Positions 1 through 12,872 of a stretch of 64,000 nt of DNA are shown here, piece after piece. Location: positions 5,890,001-5,954,000 of the forward strand of contig NC_092672.1 of the NCBI RefSeq assembly GCF_964355755.1, written 5' to 3'. Origin of the DNA: Antedon mediterranea. Lineage: Eukaryota; Animalia; Echinodermata. The translations under genes were made by a program, and so were the position numbers. A model generated the notes under the pieces. The model was not told the origin of the DNA. It was given only the letters and a program-made list of their open reading frames with translations, and ran no database searches. Numbering within the stretch: position 1 is the stretch's first letter; the number at the start of each line of letters is the position of its first letter.

Positions 1-260
1 GAATTCATGGTAGGTCATGTTTGCTTTCACTGTAAGTGTAACTTTCTCTTTTGGGTTTAAAATAAGAAGGAAGAGAAAATATTTTACATTTTATGTTAGA
101 AAATATGAAAAAATACATACCGTACATAAATATACAATACAAAACAATGAAGCATCATACTTCATAATAAAATTTTGGAATTCATGGTAGGTCATGTTTG
201 CTTTCACTGTAAGTGTAACTTTCTCTTTTGGGTTTAAAATAAGAAAGAAGAGAAAATATT
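1..260. repeat. Direct repeat, about 83 bp x2 (period 177)
   Basis: GAATTCATGGTAGGTCATG...GAGAAAATATT at 1 and 178, nearly identical. Confidence 0.85.
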
Positions 261-995
261 ATTTGAGTACCTCTAATAAAAATACACAGTAACATGTTAG
301 GATAAAAGAACTAAAAATGTATACAATTGCTAAACTAAAAAAAAAGTATGTGAATAAAATGTACTTTATAAGCTAGATTAAAATATTAATGATACTAGCA
401 ACCAAAGTGGCAACATATTTAAAAGTAACTCGCATCACAACACTTAATTTCACCAGACAACAAAAAGTTGAAGAAAAAGCATAAGATTATAAATATGTTG
501 TTTAGGTGGGAGATATAAACTTGCAAATGATAACGATAACACTGCAAAATAAATTTACATCAATCTTTTAATTAAGAGATCACGAGTTTAAACCCTACGC
601 TGTCCAGTTGTCCTTGGTGAATACAATTTATCTACCTATCTGTCTACCTAGCAGGACATTATTCATACCGTTTCCTTGTAGATTTCCGACTGTATGTTTA
701 TTATTTGTTGCGGGAGCTAGTTACATATACATATTCCGACTCCAGATGTATAAACACTTACCACAAGTGGGAAGTTCTATCAAGCCATTCCACTGCAATC
801 AAACACATGTTTTAAGAAACATGATCAAATTTATTGGACAATAAAATACATGACTCTAGTCTACAGTCTACAGCCGTGAATCCGCAATGTAGCAGCTTTA
901 TAAAAAAAAACTTTTTATATGCCAGAAATTACAGAACAGCCTTAAGTTATATAACGTGTCATCTTTTTTTTCTATTTCAATACAGTTTGATATAG

Positions 996-1555
996 GATTA
1001 ATTTAAAGATATATTGCTGAAAAAATAATTTTAAAAAATTGTTTAACATGCCATTTAATTGGATTGGATACAAATTATTAAAGTTTGATGGAATTAATTT
1101 AAAGATATGTTGCTGAAAAAATATTTAGAAAAAATAATTGTTTAATATGCCATTTACTTGGATTGGATACAAATTATTAAAGTTTGATGGGATTAATTTA
1201 AAGATATATATTTCTAAAAAAAATAGTTTGAAAAAAAATTGTTTATGACATTTACTTGGATGGGATACAAATTTTTAAAGTTTGATGGAATTAATTTAAA
1301 GATATATTGCTGAAAAAATATTTAGAAAAAAAAATGTTTAATATGACATTTACTTGGATTGGATACAAATTATTAAAGTTTGATGGAATTAATTTAAAGA
1401 TATGTTGCTGAAAAAATATTTAGAAAAAAAAAATGTTTAATATGACATTTACTTGGATTGGATAACAATTAATTAAAAAATATATTGCTGAAAAAATAAT
1501 TAGAGAAAAAAATTGTTTAATACTGGCATTTAATCGGATTGGATAAAAATTATTT
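996..1555. repeat. AT-rich tandem repeat, about 98-bp unit, about 5.5 copies
   Basis: Recurrent ATTAATTTAAAGATAT..GCTGAAAAAA..TTGGATTGGATACAAATTATTAAAGTTTGATGG. Confidence 0.85.
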
Positions 1556-1732
1556 TCCAGAAAACCGTAATTGAAAAGAGAAAAAAAAGTCAATCAGAAA
1601 CCCATTGTCTGAAAATCAAGGTGTTTTTAGTTTAATTTAAATATTTTATCTTTTTTATAACCAAAATTATTATTATTATTTTTTTTTTTTTTTAAGTGAA
1701 AACATTTTTACTCCAGATTAGTTTCTGTAGAA

Positions 1733-1850
1733 ACCATCTAAACACTATGCTTCTCTCACTCTTTGTGACACCATTGGACACCATCTAAACACTATGCTTC
1801 TCTCACTCTTTGTGACACCATTGGACACCATCTAAACACTATGCTTCTCT
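1733..1850. repeat. 47-bp tandem repeat; third copy split by a TIR element
   Basis: ACCATCTAAACACTATGCTTCTCTCACTCTTTGTGACACCATTGGAC at 1733, 1780 and 1827; the third copy resumes at 2753. Confidence 0.9.
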
Positions 1851-2752
1851 GGGTCTGTTTCTGCTGAAAAAATCAAAATAATCAATTTTTTCCAGTCACC
1901 GCAAACCACAAAAATAATCGCGTTGCAATTGAAAATTGCTACGACTTTAATCGGTTTTTAAAATCACGTCATCATTCCCCCACACAGCGCAGTTCAAGTT
2001 ATGAAAGGCCGATGAGAGTTGGTTTGTTTACATCCTATCGCTGCCTAAAACTCTCACATGTAGGATTAAAAATTCGAAATTACTCTTACGTAAAGCTATA
2101 TTATTTCTAAAATAAACATCTAGGCCTACTACCGTACCACATACAACAGAATAATGATGTTATATTAATAAGGACACGTCGGCGAAAAAAGTTCGTTTCG
2201 CCGTTCGTTGGTTCTACCTTCGGCCTGCTAGGCTACCTATATGGGCTATATATTTCTACCGAAACAAGTCAACAGACAACAGGCCTAAAAAATGACATGT
2301 AAAACATCGTTAGCCTGGACTGGTGGTATGTAACAGGTGTACTTGTAACACAGAATCCTGGAGTCTCTCGGTATAATTCTCCCCCACAAAATAATAAAAA
2401 TCAAATGTTTAACATTTGATTTTTATTCGGTCTACATCGCGATCGTGGTTTTGCTGATCGTCGTCGATATCGCGCAAATAAACAGCATGCTTTGTGACGT
2501 GAATAAGTTTGTCATACTCTAGAGGTCAAAGTGAGGTCAATAATCGCTATTTGTGTTGCAGCTCAAAACTGCTCCGCAATAATCGGTTAAAACAAGAAAT
2601 AATCGATTAAAACACGCAATGGATTGAGTGTTTTTAATCGGTTATTTTTAATCGGTTATTTTATTTTGCGCCGTTTCTGCTGCCCAAAAATAATCGATTA
2701 AAAAAAATAAACGGTTAATAATCGATTATTTCTGCTCAGCAGAAACAGGCCC
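1851..2752. mobile_element. Non-autonomous TIR DNA element (PIF/Harbinger-like), 3-bp TSD TCT
   Basis: TIRs GGGTCTGTTTCTGCTGA / TCAGCAGAAACAGGCCC; the empty site is known from the adjacent 47-bp repeat, which defines the TCT duplication. Confidence 0.8.
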
Positions 2753-3450
2753 TCTCACTCTTTGTGACACCATTGGACACATTCCAGTAAAACAACTTAA
2801 ACATCTCACGATTATTATTATTCATAGTCTGACTCTTAATTGAAAGATAGACACATTTCTGTTGTTTCTTGACATGGACACTGCAGGCATGTATATCACC
2901 TTAATTAGTTCAACAAAACAAGTTAATGTTTAACATTTGATTTTTATTCGGTCTACATCGCGATCGTGGTTTTGCTGATCGTCGTCGATATCGCGCAAAT
3001 AAACAGCATGCTTTGTGACGTGAATAAGTTTGTCATACTCTAGAGGTCAAAGTGAGGTCAATAATCGCTATTTGTGTTGCAGCTCAAAACTGCTCCGCAA
3101 TAATCGGTTAAAACAAGAAATAATCGATTAAAATACGCAATGGATTGAGTGTTTTTAATCGGTTATTTTTAATCGGTTATTTTATTTTGCGCCGTTTCTG
3201 CTGCCCAAAAATAATCGATTAAAAAAAATAAACGGTTAATAATCGATTATTTCTGCTCAGCAGAAACAGGCCCTCTCACTCTTTGTGACACCATTGGACA
3301 CATTCCAGTAAAACAACTTAAACATCTCACGATTATTATTATTCATAGTCTGACTCTTAATTGAAAGATAGACACATTTCTGTTGTTTCTTGACATGGAC
3401 ACTGCAGGCATGTATATCACCTTAATTAGTTCAACAAAACAAGTTAATGT
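2404..3450. repeat. Near-perfect 521-bp tandem duplication including the right end of the TIR element
   Basis: 2404-2924 repeated at 2925-3445; AATGT at 2404, 2925 and 3446. Confidence 0.92.
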
Positions 3451-3655
3451 AATAGTCTAGGACAAAAATCTGAAATGCCAGATATCCTAATTAAACCCGT
3501 CTGATCACTCTAAGCCCTGTTGACACTTAATTTTTTACCTCGTATTGAAATGGCCGCCATTTTTATATAAAATGTGCATAAAATCAGATCTAAATTAGGT
3601 AGATACACAATCTTGGTGTCTAAACACATGTACTTCAGACACGAAATCCATTAGG

Positions 3656-3777
3656 CCTTGTTGACACTTCAGTTTTTGCCTCGTATTGAACTGGCGGCCA
3701 TTTTTCAAAATGGCCGCTAATTGTATATAAAATGTCCGCCATTTCAATACGAGGCAAAAACTGAAGTGTCAACAAGG
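3656..3777. repeat. Short inverted repeat/hairpin (probable MITE remnant)
   Basis: CCTTGTTGACACTTCAGTTTTTGCCTCGTATTGAA ... TTCAATACGAGGCAAAAACTGAAGTGTCAACAAGG. Confidence 0.75.
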
Positions 3778-5197
3778 AAAACAGGCTTTAAGGGACACTT
3801 TGTTGGGCCCTAAGCTTAATAGGGATTCTAATGTGTTATACATTATACTCAGAACAAGAATAGGAGATTTACTTTAGAGGTCAAGGAGTAACGTCATAAT
3901 TTGCAGATTTGTTTGATATCCATTTGCATCTTGATAAGCATCAGTATTCTGTAATTTACTTTGAATTTGATTCAATATTTTATCAGTTGCCGCCGTGGTA
4001 ATTTACAATTACTGTTCTTACAAAATACTGTTGTATTAGGAATACTTGGCTATGTTAGATTGAATCAATTATCAACCAAATAATGTTCTATGCTATGAAT
4101 AATGTATTGATGGTAAATATTAATACGTTAATAAATTCTGTCTCTTCCCAGGAGAACTAGTTGATGGATTCAATGGTAAGGGTGGAATATACTATAACGA
4201 AGCCCTTAGGAAAGGAACATTAAAATGAAATCAATTTAAGCTTCTGCGGCGTAGGTACTCATTATTGATTTACCTAATGACCTAATTTGTTTTAAAGGTA
4301 TTGTCCCCTGAAAATAGGAAAATGTTCATAATGATTTTATTCTAATTTAAATTGCTAATGTTAACTAGTTAGCTAGTTATACAAATTGAGAATTGGCATA
4401 ATAGTTAGTGCTTATTGTTTAAATCGTAAACACACATGAGAAATAAGTAAATGTCATAAATCAAGCGTAACTAAGTGACCATCAACTCATGAATAACTGT
4501 TCACATGTCTTGCTTAACTCTCTGACGCAAAGGTAGTATGTTACGTCATCATCTTGTTGTTGCTGCTGCTGCTTCCTGGTGTTAAAATCTAACCCTGGTT
4601 CAAACTTGGTGGTTTAGTGGTATGAATGCCCGTCTTGTGATCTGAGGGTAGTAGGTTCGAGTCGCACTTGAGAATGAATTGTGAATTTTTAGTACTGAGC
4701 ATTCAGTACAACTAAATCACAGAGCATTCTGTACAAATAATGTAAGTCAGTATAGGACAAAACTAGTTTATTTTTCACATGTTGTTATCACTCAGATGCT
4801 GATTCATTTTTAATGAGTGTGAGAAAAACAAAATATGTTTGATGTTTGCTTCCAAAGAATTGTCATACTTTATTGTTTAATGAGTATTTTATGCATACAG
4901 ATTGTCCCATATTTAGGAAAGTGATTAAATCTATAGTGTTATGTCCAAAATAGATAATAAAATTTGTAAAAATAAATGAATGCGCTATTAATTGACCAAA
5001 TTGATCCTTATAGTGTGGTTTTGATCTAATTGCAGAAACTAATTTCCTAGGTCTCTCCAAAGCCTAACAAACCAGTGGTATAATTGGCATGAAATAGTAC
5101 TTAAATCATTGGTTACACTACAGTACTATTAAATTTATTTATAGTTCAAAATAATATTACATTTATAACGGAAAACAAGAAAGCTCGATAATAATTT

Positions 5198-5373
5198 ATA
5201 ATAAAACAGTATTGTGTTTTATAATAAAACAGTATTGTGTTTTATAATAAAACAGTATTGTGTTTTATAATAAAACAGTATTGTGTTTTATAATAAAACA
5301 GTATTGTGTTTTATAATAAAACGTCAGTATTGTGTTTTATAATAAAACAGTATTGTGTTTTATAATAAAACAG
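5198..5373. repeat. 23-bp minisatellite, about 7.5 copies
   Basis: (ATAATAAAACAGTATTGTGTTTT)n. Confidence 0.92.
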
Positions 5374-5424
5374 TTCAATCAATCTCGCCTTAAACTTGTT
5401 TCTGTTAGACAGATATAATATTAA

Positions 5425-6677
5425 AGACACCTTCCCTACAATTTGTGACGTTTTGTAAAAATAATACATATATATTACTTTAAAAACATTAAACCAGGTC
5501 ATTCCTTGTCTTAAATGTACGTTTTATGGTAAATTATGATAAAAAGTGAGAAACAATGCACTACCTAAGTAGCTCGGCGACTGACCTCTCGTGGACGGTC
5601 TTTAGGCCTAGCCTAGGTAGGCTTAGTTTTGTAGGCCTAGCTCGTAAACATCGGTAAGGTACGAACATTATACGCTAGCTATATACCCAGCCTGACGTCG
5701 TATAGTTGCTGCATTAATTGTCTTTCTATTTTTGCCAGACTCCGTCAGCCCACGAAATTCAGAAAAAAGAAGGTCGGCAAAAAATTGCCGACCTTAAATT
5801 CGCCAAGGTCGGCAGTCTCGGCAGTTCTAAAAATAGAAAATTCACCCCAAGGCCTAAACCTCTTGCTAACCTAAAGGCCTAGCTAGGCCTAGCCTCCCTA
5901 GCTATATGTTATGCAAAAAGAACTAGCAAAATTAACTAAAATATAAAAACCTAACACTAAAATCTACAAGATAAATTCTATTTGATAATTAATTGCTGAA
6001 CATCATGGTTCTGGAGCTAGCCGTACACAGAGCATAGTTGCTTGCTTGGCATAATAGGGTATTCCCCTACACAGGTCTGTCGCGCACAGCGCTGTGCCCA
6101 GCCAGCTTGGTTGATAGGAGAAAGCATGCAGCTCACACACAAAATGATGTAATGGTTGAGTGAATTCAGGGATCATCTTAATTCCATGGTTTGTTAACTA
6201 AACACAACATGGTGGTGAATATGCCTGTTAAAATTTCAATGATACGATCCCTTAAAGTACCATGTTGTTGCTAGGAGGCTTGAAAGGAGGGATCTAGCCT
6301 AGTTTCTAGGTCGGCAATCTCTTGCCGTCCTCTGACAATTTAAGGTCGGCAATAAGGTCGGCAATTGCCGATTGCCGACGTGAAATTCGTGGGCTGCTCC
6401 GTTGATACAAATTGGGGAAAACCTAATATTTTCACTGAAAAGTTAGGAGTCTTCCATTTGTTTTGGCCTCACGATCGATCGAAAAGTGGGTGAATTATAG
6501 AAGAAAAACAGAAATATCAATCCGCACGCAATGCATTATTAGAATCAACTTATTTTTCACATTTTTAACCATTTAAAGACGAAAAAAGTTATCGCAATAG
6601 GACCATATAGTATTATTTTTACATTAAATATAGTTTGTGATCTTAAAATAGATCTAAAAAACGTAGGGAAGGTGTCT
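5425..6677. mobile_element. Non-autonomous TTAA-target DNA transposon (Kolobok-like)
   Basis: TTAA|AGACACCTTCCCTAC ... GTAGGGAAGGTGTCT|TTAA. Confidence 0.75.
5746..6396. mobile_element. Nested non-autonomous TIR element with 6-bp TSD CTCCGT
   Basis: TIRs CAGCCCACGAAATTC / GAAATTCGTGGGCTG; CTCCGT on both flanks; subterminal GTCGGCA/TGCCGAC repeats. Confidence 0.8.
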
Positions 6678-7261
6678 TTAACATTTAATTAAGTCTTTAA
6701 ATTTAGTCTCAGTTCTTTTCTGTTTTTTAATACTCATACTTCTACCATCAATTAGAACCAGGTCAAAGAAAAATTGTGTGCAAGAGAAATATTTAAAGAG
6801 AGAAGTTTTCCGACGAGTAGTAATACTGAAAATTAATCAAATAAACGGTACAGATGAGAAAATATGCGAGAGTGAAAAAAGGGTTGGCTTAACTAATAGT
6901 GTGATTCAGAATTTCCAGTTACAAACTTTTCAATATCAAACACTTCATAACTAAATGCTATGAATGTGTTTGTATAAAAATAAATGGGTTGTGACTAAAT
7001 TTGTAATAATTATTATAATAATCAAATAATTCAATTTATTTAGTCAAATGCATATGTTTAAAATTTGCATAACAAATGGTAAAAACATCACATGATGATT
7101 AATATCATACAATGTGTATAATATTGACATACTGTATACAGTATGCATCACAAAAAAAAGGATAAAATTACAAATGTAACCTTCAACATAAAACTATTTC
7201 TCACATACAGACAAATTTTGCTTAAGCTGTCCAACATTTTTCATTTTTATGTTATTATTAT

Positions 7262-7520
7262 TTTTATTTATTTTTTTATTTATTCGACTTCTCACTAACT
7301 CAGTTAGTGAAGGATCTGGACCAACAGGTGGTAAACACCTCTAAAACGGTCCAGTCCCAATTTGCGCAGTGGCTGTGTGTGACAGTGGCTGTGTTTGTGT
7401 GGACTAGTACACTGGGGTAACCCCCTACTCGTCTCGAAAGATGTACTAGGTTCTTTAAAGTGCGCATGAGCTATGTGTACACTGGACCTACGGTTTATAG
7501 TCCTTATCCGAGAAGACTCG
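7262..7520 (-). mobile_element. 5'-truncated Deu/Nin-domain-like SINE
   Basis: Reverse complement of the body and tail of the SINE at 20729-21087. Confidence 0.8.
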
Positions 7521-9130
7521 GAATCTATGAAATTGAATCTATGAGAAAAATCAAGATACCCAAAACCACATGGATAACAATTATAAAGGCTGACAAAAGA
7601 AAAAAAAAGTCTATATGTACACATTGGCCAATAGTCACTCTGATTGGAGTCTTGTTAAGTGTGTTATGTCTCAAGATGTTCAGCGTTTGTGATGAAAATA
7701 TGTTGTATTGATATTTATGCTGGTCAAATAAAAACAACATATTATTTTATTAACAATTTTATAACCCTATGCAGTTGTTCATTACAAAACAACTGATTAT
7801 TTCTGTGTCCATTAGGTACATAGATTGAGTTGACATTGTCAATGATTAAAAAACAAATTAATACTTTATTTCTTTTTGTGGTATTAAATTAAACTTATTA
7901 TTCCACATACATATTTCAATAATTACTGTAAATTAATAGTGAATTTTAATATGTATCAAGTTAAATCGTTTTACCCATCAATAGTGATTTAATTCTTTTG
8001 TAATTATATTTTGATTGTCAAGACTCTTTTCACTAATGTCAATTTATGAGTCCCAGAAGAGTGTCCTCAATTTAATCAAATTACATCACTGCATTTAAAA
8101 TGAAATATGTTTATATCTTGTAACATAATGGTAACAAGAATGTTGAGCGTTAAAAGAGTTGTTAAACAATTGGACATTAACATACAATGAACTAACAATG
8201 GCAACAATAGCAGCGGTCAACGTACGATGATACTCACTCTTGAGCAGTCTTTCCTAGTAAAATAATTTTATAATTGTAATTAAGTTAATAGTTTAATTTT
8301 AAACAATTGACAAAAAGTAATTTTTGCTCATTAAAAAATTACATTTGCAAAAAAACACAAAAAAACAATTTTATATTCTGGTTTTTGCTGAAAAGTACTA
8401 TTTTTATATCAGCTAATTTTTAGGAACCTTCATGTCTTTATTACAATTACATTTCATGACATAAACATTTGTTTGTTTTCTTACGAGAGTTGCACAAACA
8501 AAAAATATTAAATTTCAAATATTTTATGTTTTACAGTACCTACAGTACTTCCGCTTAAATCTGTATTATTATGATCACATTTATGATATTCAATATGTGT
8601 TATGTCTTTCATATTCAAAATGTTATAGGGAAGTAATGTATCTTTGTATATGTTTTGATTATTAGTATTTCGTACATAAAATTATCAAAAAATCTAGTCA
8701 AGTTAACTATGTTAAGTTTACAGTACAATTTTGTATTTTTGAATTACTGTATCTCCATTTCTATGTAAATTTGATTAATTAGGCTCCATGTATGATCTTC
8801 CCACAGGACATCACGTCGGTAATTACAAGGCATATCTGGTCAATTATCACAGCCGCTATAAAAAATCTTTTTTTTAATGTGCTAGGTAAATTGACTAAAT
8901 GTGTCCAAGTACCCACTTAAAATTCCCAATGGAGTAAAGGTGCAAAGCCCCCTTCAGCCACTGTCATAGTGCATCCTACATTTAATGATACAGAATCCTA
9001 TGTTCTATGTTCTTATTCTCGGAATGTACTTCAGTTGTTGGTCAGACTGAGCCCAGCCCTTCCTGTACAAACTATAAACTTAACCAACTTCCAATAAAGG
9101 GACTATATAAAATATTCTTTATGCAATATC

Positions 9131-9289
9131 CAGTGGCGTAAAGCACAGGGCAAAGGCCTCTGGTTTAGCACTGCTAACGGGACCTCCAACACACTAGAGT
9201 TGCATTTTTACTGCTCATGCTCTGGGGCCCCTTGAGTTCTGGGGCCTGTGGGTTTGACCAGTGAGCACTCATAGCCGTTTACGCCACTA
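9131..9289. mobile_element. hAT-like MITE, 8-bp TSD GCAATATC
   Basis: TIRs CAGTGGCGTAAA / TTTACGCCACTA; GCAATATC at 9123 and 9290. Confidence 0.8.
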
Positions 9290-10439
9290 GCAATATCCAA
9301 TCTTCAGTATCAATTTTGTTTAAATTTAAAAAAGAAGATATTAATAATTACACTATGTTATTACAATTGTGTTTTACCCATAGTACTAAAAGTTGATCAG
9401 AAATAAATTAAATTTGGTTGCCTCCATGAAAGAGCAAGTTTGTGTTTTCACTACATACAATGTGTAGTCAATATATTGTAGCCGTTTGCAGCTTTTTACA
9501 AAATTGTTTAAATGATGCGTATGGATAGCTATAGTTTCTATGCCAAGGTTAAAAACTATAATGTGGATTGAGGAATGAGTTTGTTTTTGTTAAAATTAAG
9601 ATAAGTATTCTCTGAACTGATATTAGATTTTTACTGTTTCTTGGAAAGTTGACATTCATAATGTCAACTGTATAAATGTCATTACAACCTTTTTGTAAAA
9701 AAACAAACAAAAACATACTAACAACACAATGTATTCGATAGTAGGCCTAAAACGATGTAAACAATATATTTATGACTTTAATAATATAATGTTTAATTTC
9801 TTGTAAAATTATTAAAATTTTTTCCAGTAATTAATGAGTATTACAGTGACTACAAAACATTTAAATCGATTTTTAGTATTTGTTCCTTACAGTTACAATA
9901 AATAGAAAAAACAATCTGCAATTGTTTTGAATTAATCAATGCTTGTTTTTTTCTATAAATACTACAAGATTGTCTCTTCACTCCACACTTTCTCTTTCCC
10001 TCTTGTTATTGTTCTTCGTCTTCTCTCCTTGCTTCATTCTTTTCTCTCCTTACTCCATTCTCTTTCACTCCTGTCTCATTTACTTTTTTTTCCTTCCTCT
10101 TTTTCTTCTCTTTATTCTCCTCCTTTCATTCTCATTCTGTCATCTCTCCCACCCAACCCCCACTTACCTTTCAGTGAGTGTACCATGTACTTAACTTGTG
10201 ATTTCTGTCAATATGTCAGCATAGCCATTACCACTGCTAATGTGCCTCAGTTAAGCTAATGCGAAGTCTATGATGCTGCTTACTGAACTGTGAAAGGTTT
10301 CGTTTGTGCCCTGAATATATTTTTATGGCTTATCTGTTATTTCTATTCACAGTCTGGATAATTCTTAATTTAGGATGGACATTGGGGAGTGGGTACGTCA
10401 GTCATGTGTAAACTTGATTCATCTTACACTTGCATGTGA

Positions 10440-10925
10440 GCAACATTACTTATGTTCACCTGTGTGTGTGTGAAATATGACTTATGTTCGCGTGTGTGTG
10501 AAACATATGACTTATTTTCACCTGGGTGTGAAACATGACTTATGTTCACCTGTGTGTGCAACATGACTTACGTTCACCTGTGTGTGCAGGCTGACTTGCA
10601 TTCAACTGTGTGTGAAACATGACCTATGTTCAAATGTGTGCAACATGACTTTATGTTCACCTGTGTTATGTTCACCTGTGTGTGCAACACGATTTTATAT
10701 ACATCTGTGTCCAGCATGACTTTGCACCTGTGTACAGCATGACTTATGTTCACCTGTGTGTGAAACATGACTTATGTTCACCTGTGTGCAGCATGACTTT
10801 TCACCTGTGTGCAACATTACTATGTGCACAACTTGTGTGCAACATGACTTGTGTGCACCTGTGTGCAACATGACTTTATTTTCACATGTGTGCAACATGA
10901 CTTATGTGCACCTACGTGCAACATG
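10440..10925. repeat. Degenerate minisatellite, about 26-30 bp unit
   Basis: (CATGACTTATGTTCACCTGTGTGTGAAA)-like units. Confidence 0.85.
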
Positions 10926-11462
10926 AATTGATTGAGCCCCATTTAACCCAAATAAAAGTCACTTCAGTATTTTTCATGTACTGACTAATTAATTTTACTG
11001 TGATATTATAATACTGTGTATGCAAGTTATATGACCTGGAAATTCTCACTACCACACACACTTAAATAATTAAACTTATTTCAAGGTAAATTCTGCCATT
11101 AATTGATCATTATATCCTACCTTGGGATTGTAAAATCATTTCGTTGATCTACAATAATTTGAAATTTTACAATGGCCGTTTTCGATATCAATTTCATTGT
11201 TGACAAATAAATTGCATTGGTGTAGGTAATTTAAATTATGAATAGGTCATCAAGTAGCTGAATCGGAATCAGAGAATTTCTGAATTTCAATTAAACTTTA
11301 ATAGTATTTTAATCTGACCGCTAGAAATGAAATGCTTTAATAAATAAATATAATAATAAATAACAATTACTGATGTCGAACAAAAATCGTTGTGAGGAAA
11401 CTCAGACCCCAAAAAACATGTCTTCTTAAGTGCACTACTGATACGCCAATCTAGATGCCTTA

Positions 11463-11667
11463 AGCCTGTTTTCCTGTCGACGTTATTCGATGCTATCGTC
11501 GTTGATCGTTAACACTTCAACGACGATCTTTTGAAAACGATCAAGTTGAAATGATAACGATAGCGAGTACCTTTTCCTGTAAATCGTAAACATTTCAATG
11601 TTTACGTAGAAGATAGCCGATTATCGTTAACGATAGCGTCGACTGACGTCGACAGGGAAAGCAGGCT
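11463..11667. mobile_element. Harbinger-like MITE, TSD TTA
   Basis: TTA|AGCCTGTTTTCCTGTCGACG ... CGTCGACAGGGAAAGCAGGCT|TTA. Confidence 0.7.
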
Positions 11668-11754
11668 TTATCTAGATAGCCATTCAGCTACATTAGAACA
11701 GCATTTTTTGGGCTAAAAATGTGTTTTTTAGACCAATTTCCTTGAGACAGCTAA

Positions 11755-11995
11755 ATAATAATAATAATATCCTGGATTATAAAGCGCTTAATGTACACAA
11801 AGGAAACATACTTCCATAATGCAGCTAGTAATCAATGTATCTTGGACCTTACCAGGTACCCATTTGTACCTCTGGGTGGAGAGAGGGGCAAACGTAAAAT
11901 AATGTGTGTTTCCCAAGGATGCAAGCAATGCGATGAGCGTTGGATTCAAACTCATGATATCACAATAAATAGTCCATGACACTGCGCCAAATGGC
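11755..11995 (-). mobile_element. Degenerate tRNA-derived SINE with CORE-like domain
   Basis: Minus strand has a B-box-like GTTTGAATCC, then CCTTGGGAAACACAC..CTCTCTCCACCCAGAGGTACAAATGGGTACC and a (TAT)n tail. Confidence 0.6.
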
Positions 11996-12738
11996 CTTAA
12001 TGTTGCATTCGGTAATCATCAGCTATTTTTTAACTAGATGGTATAACTGCTAGTTTCTTATTTGTAACTTTTGGCATCTTGTAGAATATCATAAAAACCG
12101 TGCCTAAATATAGGCCAGTGTAATCCTTTACGTAAATGCCTACTTCACATTTAGTAGAATTCATGTTCAAGATGTTTGATTTATGTATGTTTTTCTTGAA
12201 ATACAGTAATTAAATTATGTTTTAATCTAATCCATTTTAAATAGATTAATAACATAACTTTGCTTCCAGTTAATTAAATAATCCTATAAAATTTGAATAA
12301 TTCATATTAAATAAAAACATGTCCTGGCCTATTTTGTTTTGAGATGGAATTATACCGACTATCATAAAAACTACCGGCCAATTCAGAAATTTAAATTTAT
12401 ATCACAAACATTTTGTACATATTATTATTATTTAACAATAGTGATATCACTATTTCACCTTCAGTGAAACTTTCCTATTCTTGATAAATAATTGTAATAT
12501 TAACCAATTCCAGTCACTAAAGGTTGACCTTCTTTAGTCAATTACCAATTGAGGTCATCAACAAGGAATTATTAAACATTACACTTTAAAACTATATAAA
12601 AAATCTGTCTATATCATAATCAGCGCTTTACATGAACATTACATGAAAAAATGAAAAAAATATATGTTTAAAAGAAAAAAATAAAATAAACTGAAGTATG
12701 AATGTTTGCTTAATTCTAAAATATAGATAAAAGAATAA

Positions 12739-12872
12739 GGGCCAATTTACACGTACGAGTGGTAGCGGTTAGCGGAAAACTGCGTAGCTTGTGTAGAGTT
12801 TGTATCTATCCTAAGCGGTACCGACCCATCATAGATTCTATATTTTTACAACTCGTCTGTGTAAATTGGCTT
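12739..12872. mobile_element. Short Harbinger-like MITE, TSD TAA
   Basis: GCCAATTTACAC ... GTGTAAATTGGC flanked by TAA. Confidence 0.6.

Noticed and set aside
4605-4670. tRNA-like A/B boxes
   Set aside because: No cloverleaf; probably a decayed SINE head
9939-10259. Hydrophobic membrane-protein-like ORFs
   Set aside because: Low-complexity polypyrimidine tract
5198-10925. Regular short repeats as possible CRISPR arrays
   Set aside because: No unique spacers, no cas genes, eukaryotic context
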